Below, piece after piece: positions 1-9,832 of a stretch of 64,000 bases of DNA. Under the pieces are notes generated by a model. The model had not been told where the DNA came from. It saw only the letters and a program-made list of their open reading frames with translations, and ran no database searches. Location: assembly GCA_964467655.1 (NCBI GenBank), contig CAYXSN010000009.1:85-64084 (forward strand), written 5' to 3'. The DNA comes from an uncultured Candidatus Saccharimonadales bacterium. GTDB lineage: Bacteria; Patescibacteriota; Saccharimonadia; UBA4664. Numbering within the stretch: position 1 is the stretch's first letter; each line of letters opens with the position of its first letter. The position numbers were made by a program, and so were the translations under genes.

Positions 1-156
1 GGTGCATCAGCTTCAATTCTAGGCGCTGGCGGTGGGCTTGACATGTTTGATAATGAATTTGATGTTTCGGGTGATGTCGGATTAGATTTAACGGGTCGAA
101 TGCCATTTGAAGGCCACGCCGGCGCGCAGTGTACAGCAGCAAATGAATTATGGTAG
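1..156 (+). CDS. 3' end of a gene truncated by the window edge; Gly-rich C-terminus, possibly a polymorphic (RHS-like) toxin tip
   Basis: Frame 1 is open from base 1: GASASILGAGGGLDMFDNEFDVSGDVGLDLTGRMPFEGHAGAQCTAANELW*; followed by small AT-rich membrane ORFs. Confidence 0.35.
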   Translation, partial: GASASILGAGGGLDMFDNEFDVSGDVGLDLTGRMPFEGHAGAQCTAANELW

Positions 157-164
157 GAGTTACG

Positions 165-359
165 ATGTCATTCGAAAATTTAAGATTAATAACAGTGCTA
201 CTGGTATTAATAATTATGATAAGAACCACATTGAGTGCCTCTAAGCTCAACAAGATTTTTCAAAAATATTACGGAACTAAAAATCAATACTCAGTTAAAA
301 ATATTAACGGACTTTCTAGCGCGGTCAGAGTAGTCTTATGCATTGATAAATTTAAGTGA
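165..359 (+). CDS. small membrane protein, possible immunity protein or fragment
   Basis: AGGAG upstream of ATG 165; N-terminal hydrophobic helix; AT-rich. Confidence 0.35.
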   Translation: MSFENLRLITVLLVLIIMIRTTLSASKLNKIFQKYYGTKNQYSVKNINGLSSAVRVVLCIDKFK

Positions 360-618
360 TGTAACGGAGAAGGAGGCATTATCAATGCATATAATAAATT
401 CGTTTGTATTAATTCTTGGCGGAGTAGCTTGCGTAGCATTTAGAAAGTGGCTAACGACAGAGATATTGAAAACAGTTGAAGTTAGTACGCAGCGACGAGA
501 AGTCATAAAAGCGTACGCCCCCCATAACTGGCGCGATATTAATGATCATTGGTATATTAATGCTAATACAAGCGTTAACCAGTTGAACGAGATTCGACAG
601 ATTCCCCCAATACCTTGA
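343..618 (+). CDS. small hypothetical membrane protein (start may be ATG 385 after AAGGAGG)
   Basis: ORF with one TM segment (SFVLILGGVACVAF); strong SD before the internal ATG. Confidence 0.35.
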   Translation: MINLSDVTEKEALSMHIINSFVLILGGVACVAFRKWLTTEILKTVEVSTQRREVIKAYAPHNWRDINDHWYINANTSVNQLNEIRQIPPIP

Positions 619-619
619 G

Positions 620-1123
620 GTGTATCAATTAGCAAAAAAGTCAGAAATGAAGGACGTGCATACGCGACGAGATAAATTTGGCTGGATCTCTTGGGAATTG
701 GTGGCATTTGTATTGTTGATTGCTGCTATTCCGGCATTAGACTATGCAGCTAAACATTTGCACCAATTGCAAAAACATTTTGGTGGTCAGACAGCGACTG
801 CTTATGTGGATGCAAAGTATAACTCAGGCAATGTAGGCGCTAAAGGTAACTTTCTATCTCATCTTGCGAAAGTAAGCTACATAGCGAAAGATGGTTCAAT
901 ACAAACAGCTGAACTGTCTCTGGATTGGCAAACCTATAATAAGGCCACTAATGGGGCTGAGATTGAAATAGTTTATAATCCTCAGCGACCCAGTCAGGCC
1001 TACGCTATCGTTGGGCAGGGCATGCCGAGGTCTTGGTTACTTCCTCTAACGATAACCACGGCACTGGTTGTCATCACAGTGATTGAGCGTTATCACAGAA
1101 TACTATTTATGAAGATCAACTAA
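620..1123 (+). CDS. DUF3592-like membrane protein
   Basis: TM, beta-rich domain (TATAYV...VSY...DG...IEIVYNPQRPSQA), TM architecture. Confidence 0.6.
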   Translation: MYQLAKKSEMKDVHTRRDKFGWISWELVAFVLLIAAIPALDYAAKHLHQLQKHFGGQTATAYVDAKYNSGNVGAKGNFLSHLAKVSYIAKDGSIQTAELSLDWQTYNKATNGAEIEIVYNPQRPSQAYAIVGQGMPRSWLLPLTITTALVVITVIERYHRILFMKIN

Positions 1124-1349
1124 GAATATCCCGTTCAATCTCTTTTTTGTCGTAACCCAATTCAATCAATCTATCGCAGATTGATTTGGTTACACCATTT
1201 GAAATGGTGCTATGCCTAGGATACGAGAACACTTGTCCGGTCCTCTCATGCTTAGCCAAAGCATGTTCTCCGCCTTCGCTAAGTATAAAGTCATGTTTTT
1301 TAAAGAATTTCCTAAGCTTTTTCTGACTTGACGACTTAAAGAAACCCAC
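1116..1349 (-). CDS. hicA: HicA-family toxin
   Basis: 77 aa, basic; GGEH...H...SYPRH pattern matches the HicA GSH...VPxH fold. Confidence 0.7.
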   Translation of the reverse strand: MGFFKSSSQKKLRKFFKKHDFILSEGGEHALAKHERTGQVFSYPRHSTISNGVTKSICDRLIELGYDKKEIERDILS

Positions 1350-1358
1350 TTGCTTTTG

Positions 1359-1706
1359 TTAAACTGACTTTACTAGTGAAAGCGATTGGTCAGAAGATAC
1401 GCTGCCCTCTGGCTTTAACACCTGTCGATAGAAAGGGCGGTAGTTTTCGGGGATATTCTTATATGTAAATATGAGATCATTGACCATGTCAACAAGCGCT
1501 TCTTCAGTTTTAGCTTCTGTAACAAGAAAAACTGAGTCAGACAGCTTAGAGTGCTCAATGCCTGTTATTACCGCTAAAAATGAATCACCGTTCTGCTTAA
1601 TCTTCAATTGAATACTATCTGGTATGGCAGACCGGTAGGCATCGACTAACTCAGGGTCGATCCGGTAGCCAACAATTTTATTCTTTATTATTATACCCAA
1701 TTTCAT
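1359..1706 (-). CDS. hicB: HicB-like antitoxin, N-terminal domain only
   Basis: FLAVI...LVTEAKTEEALVDMVNDLIFTY resembles the HicB partial RNase H fold; directly upstream of hicA. Confidence 0.6.
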   Translation of the reverse strand: MKLGIIIKNKIVGYRIDPELVDAYRSAIPDSIQLKIKQNGDSFLAVITGIEHSKLSDSVFLVTEAKTEEALVDMVNDLIFTYKNIPENYRPFYRQVLKPEGSVSSDQSLSLVKSV

Positions 1707-1836
1707 ATAGTAGCGAATTATATCATACTAAGCTTATACTATAACGCATTCAATTTACCACTTAAGTACCGGTAAATACCGACAATTCCATTCAACTAAA
1801 AATTGTAGATATAGCCAATATACTCAGAAAGTTATC

Positions 1837-2100
1837 CTAATAACTAATTGCCACGGGCACCGTTTTGGTGGTGCCGTTGTCGGTAGCGGTAAACGTCACG
1901 GTGAAACTGTGGTGGGCCGACGGGTCGGCTAGCTGGCAGTTCCACACATAGGTGGTAGCCGTCTCTTGGAGAGCGATTGGCTGCCACAATATTGGCTACC
2001 GGTATTGGCGTAGGTGACTGCCGGGTTGCCACTGAAGTTGCCTCCCGGCGTAATGGTTAGTTGGGCAAATACGCCGGTAAACGACCCGTAAGGGTAGGCA
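1837..2100 (-). pseudogene. frameshifted remnant of a Thr-rich Ig-like surface protein C-terminus
   Basis: Two minus-strand frames join: FTGVFAQLTITPGGNFSGNPAVTYANTGSQYCGSQSLS / TATTYVWNCQLADPSAHHSFTVTFTATDNGTTKTVPVAISY*. Confidence 0.4.
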
Positions 2101-2175
2101 TTTTGCTGGCCGGTGCAGTGGCGGCGCCTAAGGCCAAGAACTATGGGCGCCTAGGAAGTGGGGAAGTTGGTAGTT

Positions 2176-3150
2176 TCATTTCTGCACGTTCCGCCGGGTG
2201 GCATCGGCTACCAGCACCGTACTCGAGAGCTCTTCCATGATGTGGTACGCCGGCTGGGCCCTAGTTTCTTCAAGGATGCGGCCCAGGTACTCGCAGATGA
2301 CGCTCAGCATCAAAAACAAGAAGAAAAACATAACGGCCATTTCCAGGGACAGTGTCGTCCAGCCCTCGCTGACCCGCTGGTTAAACAAGTAGTTAGCGAT
2401 GGCGTACAGCGCGTACAGCAGGTTCACGCCGCTCACCACCAGGCCCAGGGTACTCACCATGCGCAACGGGTGCTGTGAATAGCTCACCACAATCTCTTTG
2501 GCCAGCCGCATCGACTCCACCAAGCCCCGCTCAGTGCCTTCGGCCAGCTCGGGTTTGTATTTGTACACGCTCGTTTTAAACCCGACCTGCCGGGTGAGGT
2601 GCCGCACGTGACGGTACCGGCCCTTGATGCGCGTGAGGGCGTTGATGGAGCGGCGGTTGAGGCCCACCAGGTAGGTGGAGTCGGGCGGAATGTTGAGGCC
2701 CAGGTATTTGCGGCCGTACCAGTAAAACAAACTGGCTCCCAGCTTGGCGATAGGCGAGCGTCTGGTGGGTACTTCGCTCAGGCCATACACGATGTCTGAG
2801 CCGTTGGCCATGATAGTCACCATATCGCCGATCGCTTCCACCGGATCACTGCCGGGCAGCATCACAATCACGTAGTCGCCAATGGCGGCTTCGAGACCCG
2901 CAAACAGCATGACGTCTCGGTTAGCCTTGGCCGAAAGCCTGATCAGCCTGATGCAGGGTAGGTCCTTGAGCAGTTTGCCTAAGCGCTCCAGGGTCGGCTC
3001 GTCGGCCGCCGCGTCCACCAGCAGTAGTTCGTAATTGGTGTAGTGCTCAGCAAGGAAACTGCTGGTATCCTCCACGAATGTAGCCATAACCTCGGCTGTC
3101 CCCAGCACCGGCGCCACCACCGTCACCAAAATGTCCTGCTTTGCGCTCAT
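2176..3150 (-). CDS. GT2 glycosyltransferase, GtrB/ArnC-like (degenerate DxD)
   Basis: N-terminal GT-A fold, two C-terminal TMs, EYLGRI...PAYHI motif. Confidence 0.8.
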   Translation of the reverse strand: MSAKQDILVTVVAPVLGTAEVMATFVEDTSSFLAEHYTNYELLLVDAAADEPTLERLGKLLKDLPCIRLIRLSAKANRDVMLFAGLEAAIGDYVIVMLPGSDPVEAIGDMVTIMANGSDIVYGLSEVPTRRSPIAKLGASLFYWYGRKYLGLNIPPDSTYLVGLNRRSINALTRIKGRYRHVRHLTRQVGFKTSVYKYKPELAEGTERGLVESMRLAKEIVVSYSQHPLRMVSTLGLVVSGVNLLYALYAIANYLFNQRVSEGWTTLSLEMAVMFFFLFLMLSVICEYLGRILEETRAQPAYHIMEELSSTVLVADATRRNVQK

Positions 3151-4247
3151 CCCTCTAGTTCCTTCAAGACATCATAAATATTATCTAATTTCCCGCCCAT
3201 AATACAGGTATAACCCACCAAACCGCCGTGGTCTGGCTTGTACAAGATGGGCCGGCTGTCATCGCCCTCACTTTGCGGCAGCACCGTTTTTACCTCGTAC
3301 AATGAGTCGACATATTTCGACTTGGCTAGCACCGGCAGGTAGCGCTGGGAGTCAGCCAACATCTTGGGGTAGGCCGAGGTTAGTTTCAGACCCGCCAGAT
3401 ACTCGTACGAATCACGTTTGTCGCTATCAGGTTTGGCCTCGTGCCACTCGGTGTGGGGCGTATAGCGCACATGGGTCAGGCTGTGCAAACCCCGGGCTGG
3501 AAACGGCATAGTCGAAAAGAACGGCCCGCACATCACCGTCACACCTTTGTCCGCCAGCTCAGTGGGCGGCTCGATGAGGGCAATCTCGGCGATTTCATGC
3601 TTGAGTGGCAGCTCAGGCAGGCTACTGCGGCGGTTGATCTCGTTGATGCGGGCGTAAGTACAGTTAAATACTCGCTCCACTACCAACTCATGCTCCCGGC
3701 CACCCTGTTCATATCTCAAGCTCAGACCGCCCGCCGCCCGGCTGACCGCCAATACCTCTGCGCCCAGCTCAACGCCGACGCCGGCCCGTGCCAGTTGGCC
3801 TTGCAGTTCGGCGGCAATGGCGTCGGCGTTAAAGGCGTATTCTTCGACAGTAAATACCGCTTCGATCAGTCGGTCATCAAACAGCTGAACCACTCGCTCT
3901 GGCGCCGGTTTGATTGGTGCTTCAATCCGAGCACAAAACAGTCCGAACTGCTGGTGCGACACCTTGGAAAACTGCCGGGCAATGGCGTAGTACTTCTCGA
4001 AACTCGTATCAATGCAATCCTGGTACTCGTCATAAAACGTCGGCAGGTTCACCCGTGAGCGCAGGGCTGTCAGGAGGCTGCGGGGGTAGTGGTAGCCGCC
4101 GTGTACCCGGGCCTGGTTGGTGTATGAGGCCCGCCGCATCAGGAGCGTCTCCCGCTCAAGCATTGTCACTCGGTAACCTTGGCGGGCCAGCTCCATGGCT
4201 ACCCTGGCACCAAAAAAACCACCCCCGATCACTGCTGCCGTTTTCAT
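3147..4247 (-). CDS. FAD-dependent oxidoreductase (DAO-like)
   Basis: VIGGGFFG Rossmann motif; ASYTNQARVHGGYHYPRS; start reassigned to ATG 4247. Confidence 0.85.
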   Translation of the reverse strand: MKTAAVIGGGFFGARVAMELARQGYRVTMLERETLLMRRASYTNQARVHGGYHYPRSLLTALRSRVNLPTFYDEYQDCIDTSFEKYYAIARQFSKVSHQQFGLFCARIEAPIKPAPERVVQLFDDRLIEAVFTVEEYAFNADAIAAELQGQLARAGVGVELGAEVLAVSRAAGGLSLRYEQGGREHELVVERVFNCTYARINEINRRSSLPELPLKHEIAEIALIEPPTELADKGVTVMCGPFFSTMPFPARGLHSLTHVRYTPHTEWHEAKPDSDKRDSYEYLAGLKLTSAYPKMLADSQRYLPVLAKSKYVDSLYEVKTVLPQSEGDDSRPILYKPDHGGLVGYTCIMGGKLDNIYDVLKELEG

Positions 4248-4253
4248 ATCAAT

Positions 4254-4263
4254 ATGGTACCAT
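4254..4263. promoter_or_regulatory. palindromic bidirectional extended -10 element (ATGGTACCAT)
   Basis: TGgTACCAT on both strands, each 6 nt before the divergent ATGs at 4247 (-) and 4270 (+). Confidence 0.6.
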
Positions 4264-4269
4264 GTCGCT

Positions 4270-5061
4270 ATGAAATTACAGGATAGCTGGCAAATTCCGG
4301 CATACGAAGTCAAAGAGTTCCGGCCCAAAACCACCAAGTACGCTGTGTGTGTCTTTCTGATCAACGAAGGCGACAAGATCAAAAAGCAATTGGCCCGCAT
4401 GGCCGCCCAGGCAGACCTGGCCGACATCATCATTGCTGACGGCGGCTCCACCGACGGGTCGTTGTCAGAAGACGTGCTCAAATCCGCCAACGTCAAAGCC
4501 TTGCTCACCAAAAAAGAGCCGGGCAAACTGGGCACCCAGATGCGTATGGCCTTTGCCTACTGCCTGGAGCAAGGTTACGAGGGTGTGGTAGTGGTCGATG
4601 GCAACAACAAAGACGATACCTCAGCCCTGCCATTGTTTATCCAAGCCCTCGACCAGGGCATCGACCACATCCAGGGCTCGAGGTTCATACCGGGCGGCAA
4701 AGCTATCAACACGCCAATCGAGCGACTGGTCGGCCTGCACTTGCTGCACGCACCCTTGGTGAGCTTGTCGGCTGGGCGCCGCTACACCGACACCACCAAC
4801 GGCTTCAGGGCGTACTCCAAGAAGCTGCTTACCCACGACAAAATGGCTGTCTTCCGCAAAGTCTTCAAGGGCTACGAGCTGCATTATTACTTGGCAATCA
4901 GGTCGGCCAACATCGGGCTGAAAGGTAAAGAAGTCCCGGTCACCCGCGAATATCCCAAAAACTCACCGACTCCCACCAAAATCAGCCCCATCAAAGGCAA
5001 CCTCGGCGTCCTCAAAGTGCTCTTCAAAGCCGCCCTGCATCGTTACGATCCCAAAAGCTAA
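4270..5061 (+). CDS. GT2 polyprenol-phosphate glycosyltransferase (DPM1-like)
   Basis: ADGGSTDGS, VDGNNKDD, QGSRF, TDTTNGFRAYS motifs. Confidence 0.88.
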   Translation: MKLQDSWQIPAYEVKEFRPKTTKYAVCVFLINEGDKIKKQLARMAAQADLADIIIADGGSTDGSLSEDVLKSANVKALLTKKEPGKLGTQMRMAFAYCLEQGYEGVVVVDGNNKDDTSALPLFIQALDQGIDHIQGSRFIPGGKAINTPIERLVGLHLLHAPLVSLSAGRRYTDTTNGFRAYSKKLLTHDKMAVFRKVFKGYELHYYLAIRSANIGLKGKEVPVTREYPKNSPTPTKISPIKGNLGVLKVLFKAALHRYDPKS

Positions 5062-7106
5062 AGGCTGTACAGCTGTAAACCACTCACTGGCAGGCGCTTC
5101 ATGCTGTCTGGAATCAGATTCTCGATGCCCTGAGCCGTCAGGGCCTCGCGTTGCTCGAGCGTCAAATCCATCACGCGGTACCGCACCCCGGTCACCTTAA
5201 ACCGTCCGCCCGGTACCAGTGACCGAATGTAGGTCTCGAGCACCGGCGTTTGCCCCGCCTTGACCACTACAGGGAACTGCCAGCGCTGTTGGTAGGTCGG
5301 TAATGATGCAGGAATGGTGCTCAAGCTATTGTCTGATCTCACCAAGTAGCGGGGGAGCTTGCCCACGAGCGGCAAAGGCCCGAGTACGCTGTGGGCATCA
5401 TAATCAATCTCGACAGTCACCACACTCCCGTCAGGTAGGTCGGCCGGTAATTGGTTGAGCGCCTGGGTCGGCCCGGCCGGGGCGGCCTCGGCCAGCCATG
5501 GCTGATCGTTGGGGTTGGTCCAGGCAGCACTTTTGCGTTTCCATAGGATGCTATGAGGCGTAATGGCAGCGTAGTCGTAATTGGCCAGCACTAACTGGTA
5601 AAAGTCCCAGTGCTCCATTTGCAGCCACTGCTCATAGCCGGTGAAATCAAACCTCACGGTTTGGACGAAATCAGGCCGGGTCTGTTGGAATGAAGTCAGA
5701 TATGCGGCTCGCCGCTCAGGCCCGAGCGCATGGATGATGTAGTCGTAGCCCGACGGTTGGAAAGCTTTGGCTTCAGCCTCGGGAATGCTGGCATAGGTCG
5801 ACCAAAGCGTTGCGCCCTCGGGAATAGTCTGTTTCACCGTATTCACATAGAGATCCCAGCCAAGTCCCAGGTGTACCCCCTGCACCGTACCAGGCGTAAA
5901 CTGGGTAATATTCGGCCGGGCCGTTAAGCCGCCAGGCAGTTGCATGTGGGCAATTAGAACGAGTCCGGCCAGCCCCAACGCCAGCAGGTTTTGGGCCTGC
6001 GAATCAATCAAAGGCTTTTGGGTCCGCCACCAGGTGTAGCTTAATGTGATGCCCCCGATGATAAACACCCGCCACAAAGGCTGGAGGTAGCTTTCCACCT
6101 CAATACCCAGCATAGCTACGGTGGTTATCAGGCCGTAAACCACCAAAAACAGGTAACCCTGGACCTGGTCAACCGCTACAGAGGTACGGTATCGCCACAG
6201 CACCACTAGTGCCGGCAGGCCGATCAGCCACGTCGGCCTCAAGAATCTGTCTTCCACCAGCGACTTAACCGAATCAATGAAAATATTGGGCGGCGCGCCA
6301 AAGTACCAGAACTGGTCACCCGGCACGTCGCTTAAGGCGTAACGTATGGGTTCCAACCAATGGGTCCCGGCTACCAGCATAAACGCTCCAGCCGCCACTG
6401 CCCCAATGATGACGGCATCTCTCACCAGCCGCCAGGCGCTCAGCCACCAGGGCCCAAACCCGAAGGCGCCCTCAACCAAGAGGTAGGCAATCACCGCTGC
6501 AGTACCGTGCTCGACACTGGTGAAGAACGCCAGCCCCAGCACCACCAGTGTCAGCAGCTTGACCACCAAATGCCACCGGGGCCGGCCGTACCAACGGTGT
6601 GTCAACATGACGCCGGCACCGGCTAGCAGTGGCAAGGCCGACCTTACGCCCAAGAGCGAGTTGTTTGAGGTCACGAGCAGTGACACGTAGTAGTACGCCA
6701 GCATTAGCACACCCAGTATGACGACAGTTACCCGGATCGACCGGCTGGCCACATACGCCAAAACCGCCGATGTAATCAAAAACAAGGCCGGCGAAATAAT
6801 CTCCCGTGACAGTTCAGAAGCGTGCAAGTTGCTGCCAAAAGCCGCAAACAAAGGGTAATGGACGAGTAGCGTTCCCAACCCATGGAAAAAGGGGAAGTCC
6901 ACGCCTGGAGTTTGGCCAGCCGCCACGCGTCGCAGCGGATCAAACAGCTGGAAGGCACCATCAATCGGGAAAATATTGAAATATTCTGACCTCACCCTGA
7001 TCCGTCCGACCAAGAGATGTAGCCGGTCTAAGAGGGTATAGGTCGTGACGAGTAAGAAAACTGTCCAACCCCACGACCGTGGGCTGCGCAAGAGGTGAGT
7101 GTCCAT
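5058..7106 (-). CDS. polytopic membrane protein, probable GT-C glycosyltransferase
   Basis: About 10-12 TMs, early loop DGAFQ...PGVDFPFFHG, large soluble C-terminal domain; lies in a Gtr-like locus. Confidence 0.6.
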   Translation of the reverse strand: MDTHLLRSPRSWGWTVFLLVTTYTLLDRLHLLVGRIRVRSEYFNIFPIDGAFQLFDPLRRVAAGQTPGVDFPFFHGLGTLLVHYPLFAAFGSNLHASELSREIISPALFLITSAVLAYVASRSIRVTVVILGVLMLAYYYVSLLVTSNNSLLGVRSALPLLAGAGVMLTHRWYGRPRWHLVVKLLTLVVLGLAFFTSVEHGTAAVIAYLLVEGAFGFGPWWLSAWRLVRDAVIIGAVAAGAFMLVAGTHWLEPIRYALSDVPGDQFWYFGAPPNIFIDSVKSLVEDRFLRPTWLIGLPALVVLWRYRTSVAVDQVQGYLFLVVYGLITTVAMLGIEVESYLQPLWRVFIIGGITLSYTWWRTQKPLIDSQAQNLLALGLAGLVLIAHMQLPGGLTARPNITQFTPGTVQGVHLGLGWDLYVNTVKQTIPEGATLWSTYASIPEAEAKAFQPSGYDYIIHALGPERRAAYLTSFQQTRPDFVQTVRFDFTGYEQWLQMEHWDFYQLVLANYDYAAITPHSILWKRKSAAWTNPNDQPWLAEAAPAGPTQALNQLPADLPDGSVVTVEIDYDAHSVLGPLPLVGKLPRYLVRSDNSLSTIPASLPTYQQRWQFPVVVKAGQTPVLETYIRSLVPGGRFKVTGVRYRVMDLTLEQREALTAQGIENLIPDSMKRLPVSGLQLYSL

Positions 7107-7163
7107 ATAATCTAAGATTCTAACATTTACTGCTATAATCTTGGCAACAGGAGGAGAAATTTC

Positions 7164-7940
7164 GTGGCAGGCAAGCAGGCGCTTATTGGCTATACCGGGT
7201 TTGTTGGTGGCAACCTCAAAAGCCAGGGTAGTTTTACCGATTTCTTTAATACCAAAAACATCACCGACATCGACGGTCAACAATTCGATCTGGTCGTGTC
7301 ATCGGCCACACCTGCCGAAATGTGGAAGGCCAATCAGGAACCCGAGGCCGACATGGCTAGCATCCAGGCACTCATAGACCATTTGGCGACAGTCAAAGCC
7401 CGCCGGTTTGTACTCATTTCCACCATTGCTACCTATGCCCATCCCACGAGCGTCAACGAAGATTCAGACCTGGTGACCGCCGAAGCCACGCCTTACGGCG
7501 CCCACCGGGCCAAGTTGGAAGCTTTTTGCCACCAGACGTTTGACCAGCTCGTCGTTGTCAGGTTACCTGGACTGTTCGGGAATGGGCTCAAGAAAAACGT
7601 CATCTACGATTTTCTGCACCATAACGACGTCGCCAAAATTGACTCGCGGGCAGTCTATCAGTTTTACAACCTCGACAGGATTTGGGCTGACATCAAAGTT
7701 GCCCTCGACAATCAGCTGCCGCTCGTTAACTTGGCTGTCGAGCCCACGAGTGTCGCCGAAGTTGCTCGCCATGGCTTTGGCCTCGCCTTCGACCAACATA
7801 CCTTGCCCGACGACAAATTGCCGTATTTCGACATGCATACCAAGTACGCTGGGCTGTACGGCCAAAACGGCAATTACATCGAAACCAAAGACCAGGTTTT
7901 GGCCGGCATCAAAGCCTTTGTTGACCGGGAACGTTCATGA
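7164..7940 (+). CDS. NAD-dependent epimerase/dehydratase
   Basis: IGYTGFVG; PYGAHR; RLPGLFG. Confidence 0.85.
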   Translation: MAGKQALIGYTGFVGGNLKSQGSFTDFFNTKNITDIDGQQFDLVVSSATPAEMWKANQEPEADMASIQALIDHLATVKARRFVLISTIATYAHPTSVNEDSDLVTAEATPYGAHRAKLEAFCHQTFDQLVVVRLPGLFGNGLKKNVIYDFLHHNDVAKIDSRAVYQFYNLDRIWADIKVALDNQLPLVNLAVEPTSVAEVARHGFGLAFDQHTLPDDKLPYFDMHTKYAGLYGQNGNYIETKDQVLAGIKAFVDRERS

Positions 7941-7953
7941 GCAGGCAGCATTC

Positions 7954-8757
7954 ATGAGGCTGGCCGTCTCCAACATCGCGTGGGAGCCGGCCGAAGAAGC
8001 GGCCGCCGCCCAGCTGCTGACCAGGCTCGGTGTGAATCGTATTGAACTGGCACCTACCAAGCGCTGGCCCGATCTCACCAAAGCGCCGACCAATGACATT
8101 GCCACCTATCGTCGCTGGTGGGAAGACGAGGGTTTTACCGTGGTTGCCACCCAATCAATCATGTTCGGCCGGCCCGACCTGCAGGTATTTGGCACCCCTG
8201 AAAATCGCCGCCACACACTGGAATTTCTGAAAACCACCATTACCCTCAGTGCGGGCTTAGGTGCCAAAGCTATCGTCTTCGGCTCACCCAAAAACCGCCA
8301 GCGCGGTGAACTCTCGCCGGCTGCCGCTCTCGACCTGGCCGTACCGTTTTTCTCGGAGCTGGGAGCGTTCGCTCACGCTGCCGGCGTCAAGTTCTGCATT
8401 GAGCCCAATGCCCCCGAGTACGCCTGCGACTTTGTGACCACTGCTGCTGAGGGCGCCGCTTTGGTGGAGGCCGTGGCCACCCCTGGCTTTGCGCTGCACC
8501 TGGATGCTGCCTGCATGGCCATGGTGCACGATGACCCTGCCGTACTTGGCCAGTACCAGCCACAACATTTCCACATTTCTGCCCCCATGCTCGAGGCAGT
8601 GCCAGACGCCAGTGTGCCCTATGCCCAAATGGCCAAAGTGCTCAAGAATAGCCGCTACCAAGGAGTGTATTCCATCGAGATGAAAGCCCAAGGCGGCGGC
8701 AACTTAGCTAGGGTCGAACAGGCGGTACGCTTTGCTCAGACCACCTTTGACAGCTGA
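7954..8757 (+). CDS. sugar phosphate isomerase/epimerase (xylose isomerase-like TIM barrel)
   Basis: VFGSPKNR, CIEPN, LHLD, HFHIS, SIEM metal-binding motifs. Confidence 0.85.
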   Translation: MRLAVSNIAWEPAEEAAAAQLLTRLGVNRIELAPTKRWPDLTKAPTNDIATYRRWWEDEGFTVVATQSIMFGRPDLQVFGTPENRRHTLEFLKTTITLSAGLGAKAIVFGSPKNRQRGELSPAAALDLAVPFFSELGAFAHAAGVKFCIEPNAPEYACDFVTTAAEGAALVEAVATPGFALHLDAACMAMVHDDPAVLGQYQPQHFHISAPMLEAVPDASVPYAQMAKVLKNSRYQGVYSIEMKAQGGGNLARVEQAVRFAQTTFDS

Positions 8758-9832
8758 GCCGCTGCGGCACCGCTCATTTGGACTCGATGTAGTGCGGGCT
8801 ATTGCCATCGTTTTTGTACTCATTACCCATACAGCCGTTTTTTGGCCTCTTTCGACTACCGGCCCCGACCCTGTCAAATACGGCATTTTGCCGGTCTTCG
8901 GCTTGATCGGCGTAGAGCTATTCTTCGGCTTGAGCGGCTACCTTATCGGTCAAATCCTGCTCAAACATCACGTCTCACTCAGACGGTTCTATTTGCACCG
9001 CCTCACGAAAATCCTCCCGCCATATTACCTGGTAGTGGCAGGTATCGCGCTCGTCACCGCTGCCCCCTGGCCGGTAGTCTCGGCGCATCTGTTTCTCATC
9101 CAAAACTTTGACCCAAACCTGGCGACGTTTTTCCCGGTGTCCTGGTCGCTAAGTATCGAATTTTGGTTTTATGCTGTGGTGCCACTCATATTTTGGCGCG
9201 CCCATCATAGCAGGATTATCGTCCGCCGCCTCATAGCTTTAATTGCACTCATGCTCATCGCCAGGCTGATCCAAGGATGGTATCTGCAGCCTGATTGGGA
9301 GTTTGGTATCCACCGGGCAGTGCCCCTCAGGATGGACGCCCTGCTATTTGGAGTACTGGCGGCCGTCATTGACTCCCGTTACCGGTCCGTTATGTCCTTC
9401 ATCTGTCGGCCCGTGGTCGCCTGGCTCAATGTCGGCATAGTAGTCACTATCAGCGCGTGGTTTGGGCAAATGTTTTTCAAATATGATTTTTTTGAGGCGG
9501 CCCATAGTGCCAAAGCCATCATCTTCACACTCACCGGCCTGACGGTTATGCAGCTCATACTGGCTGCCAAACATCATCTGAAGGTGGCGGCCCGCTATTA
9601 CTTAGTCAAAAATGTTATCAGCTGGCTCAGTCAGATATCATACAGTCTGTACCTGATCCACTCGTTTATTTTTAGTTACCTGGCCGCCACCGGCCTGCCT
9701 CCGGTCCAGGGCTTAATCATATCGCTAAGCGCCTCGTTGGCGGGCGCCAGCCTCGTGTACTACGGCTTTGAGATCAGTCTCGTGCTGAGGGTCCGGCGCT
9801 GGGTTGAGCGGCGCTGGCTGGCCGGTACATAA
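8732..9832 (+). CDS. acyltransferase 3 (OafA-like O-acetyltransferase)
   Basis: GLDVVRAIAI, GVELFFGLSGYLI, WSLSIEFWFY, SYSLYLIH. Confidence 0.92.
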   Translation: MLRPPLTAEPLRHRSFGLDVVRAIAIVFVLITHTAVFWPLSTTGPDPVKYGILPVFGLIGVELFFGLSGYLIGQILLKHHVSLRRFYLHRLTKILPPYYLVVAGIALVTAAPWPVVSAHLFLIQNFDPNLATFFPVSWSLSIEFWFYAVVPLIFWRAHHSRIIVRRLIALIALMLIARLIQGWYLQPDWEFGIHRAVPLRMDALLFGVLAAVIDSRYRSVMSFICRPVVAWLNVGIVVTISAWFGQMFFKYDFFEAAHSAKAIIFTLTGLTVMQLILAAKHHLKVAARYYLVKNVISWLSQISYSLYLIHSFIFSYLAATGLPPVQGLIISLSASLAGASLVYYGFEISLVLRVRRWVERRWLAGT

